The position numbers were made by a program, and so were the translations under genes. A DNA stretch of 63,893 nucleotides, counting the filler, from Octopus bimaculoides (taxonomy: Eukaryota): the NCBI RefSeq assembly GCF_001194135.2. It is 6 parts of 5 records of this genome, joined end to end, with 100 filler letters (N's around TTAATTAATTAA, not from the genome) between each part and the next. Parts side by side here need not be neighbours in the genome. Positions count along the whole stretch, not along the records: positions 62,650 to 63,893 come from NW_026354322.1; 5 more parts are not named here. The stretch is one strand, 5' to 3'. The number at the start of each line of letters is the position of its first letter. Positions within the stretch are counted from its first letter, which is position 1. This document shows positions 63,016-63,893 of this stretch, piece after piece. The notes under the pieces are model-generated. The model searched no databases, was not told the origin of the DNA, and saw nothing but the letters and a program-made list of their open reading frames with translations.

Positions 63016-63650
63016 CCCTTACGTTACCAACCCGGCTGAAATCGTCACTGGCTCTAAGTAAAAATGTCTTGTTTTTATAAGTTTTGAATTAAAATCTTCT
63101 ACGAAACCTTAGTCACAATTTATGTTCCTAACACTAGCTGAATGATAACGAAGTTATTTTACAAAATTCTTTGTTATATTTAAAACTAATTGAAAGAAAA
63201 ATAATCAGCTTCAAATGTCCATCTGCTCAAATGTAGAGGTGTTTTTAATCCTTTCAATACCAACCCGGCTGTAACCACCTCTGGCTCTGTAGAACAAATG
63301 CCTTGTTTTCATAAGTTCTGAATTAAAATCTTCCTCCAAACCTTAGTCACAATTTATGTTCCTAACATTAGCTTAATGATAACCAAGTTATTTTACTAAA
63401 TTCTTTGTTATATTTAAAACTAATTGAAAGAAACACAGAGCATCTCAACAGAAATAGGGTAACAAAAGGGTTAAGAAGAAAAATAATCAGCAGAAGACAT
63501 GAGAGAAGGAGACCTCAATGTGGTCACTCTATATGCTAGAAATAACAGCCTCAATTTTCTTCAATCCACAGCCTTCCAACTGCTTCTAATGTCCATCTGC
63601 CCAAATGTAGAGGTGTTTTTAACCCATTCGTTACCAACCCGGCTGAAAAC
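63016..63650 (+). mobile_element. Three tandem family D MITE copies within a 374-bp local duplication
   Basis: Copies at 63016-63197 (3' deleted), 63249-63470 (complete, TTAA on both sides) and 63623-63650 (5' end only). Flanks duplicated at 63208/63582 and 63196/63478. Confidence 0.85.
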
Positions 63651-63664
63651 ATATATATAAATAA

Positions 63665-63696
<32 letters not shown>

Positions 63697-63861
63697 ATAT
63701 ATATATATATATAATTAAATGAATGTATATATATAAATAAATAAATATATATATAAATATGTGTATATAAATATATATATAAATATGTGTATATATATAG
63801 TATTATATATATAAATAAATATATATATAAATATATGTGTATATAAATATATATATATATA
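63650..63861. repeat. (TA)-rich low-complexity tract
   Basis: Direct observation. Confidence 0.9.
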
Positions 63862-63893
63862 CTCTTTTACTTGTTTCAGTCTTTTGACTGTGG
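63862..63893 (-). mobile_element. SINE family B 3' terminus at the window edge
   Basis: ctcttttacttgtttcagtcttttgactgtgg. Confidence 0.7.

Overview
AT-rich, microsatellite-dense animal genomic DNA with many N-gaps. The repeat content suggests a coleoid cephalopod, probably Octopus (inference). I cannot support any intact host protein-coding gene; almost all ORF-track entries are translated microsatellites, gaps or SINEs. The window is a mosaic of transposon relics: two Penelope-like element (PLE) RT fragments, a broken Helitron Rep/helicase, RTE- and L2-type LINE pieces, an internally deleted mariner with both TIRs, TTAA-flanked piggyBac-like MITEs, a two-copy solo-LTR-like family and about 25 tRNA-derived SINE copies. 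The main unexplained signal is a set of at least eight minimal type I hammerhead ribozyme (HHR) motifs (CUGANGA - stem II - GAAA - short, often palindromic stem III - NUH), most carrying point lesions. They occur in three contexts: (i) ~350-360 bp non-coding units with terminal direct repeats (retrozyme-like), (ii) PLE ends, and (iii) a tRNA-headed SINE whose 3' half is a hammerhead. Together with the PLE RT relics, this suggests a ribozyme-based non-autonomous retroelement system. All motif calls were made by eye; no folding, alignment or database search was run.
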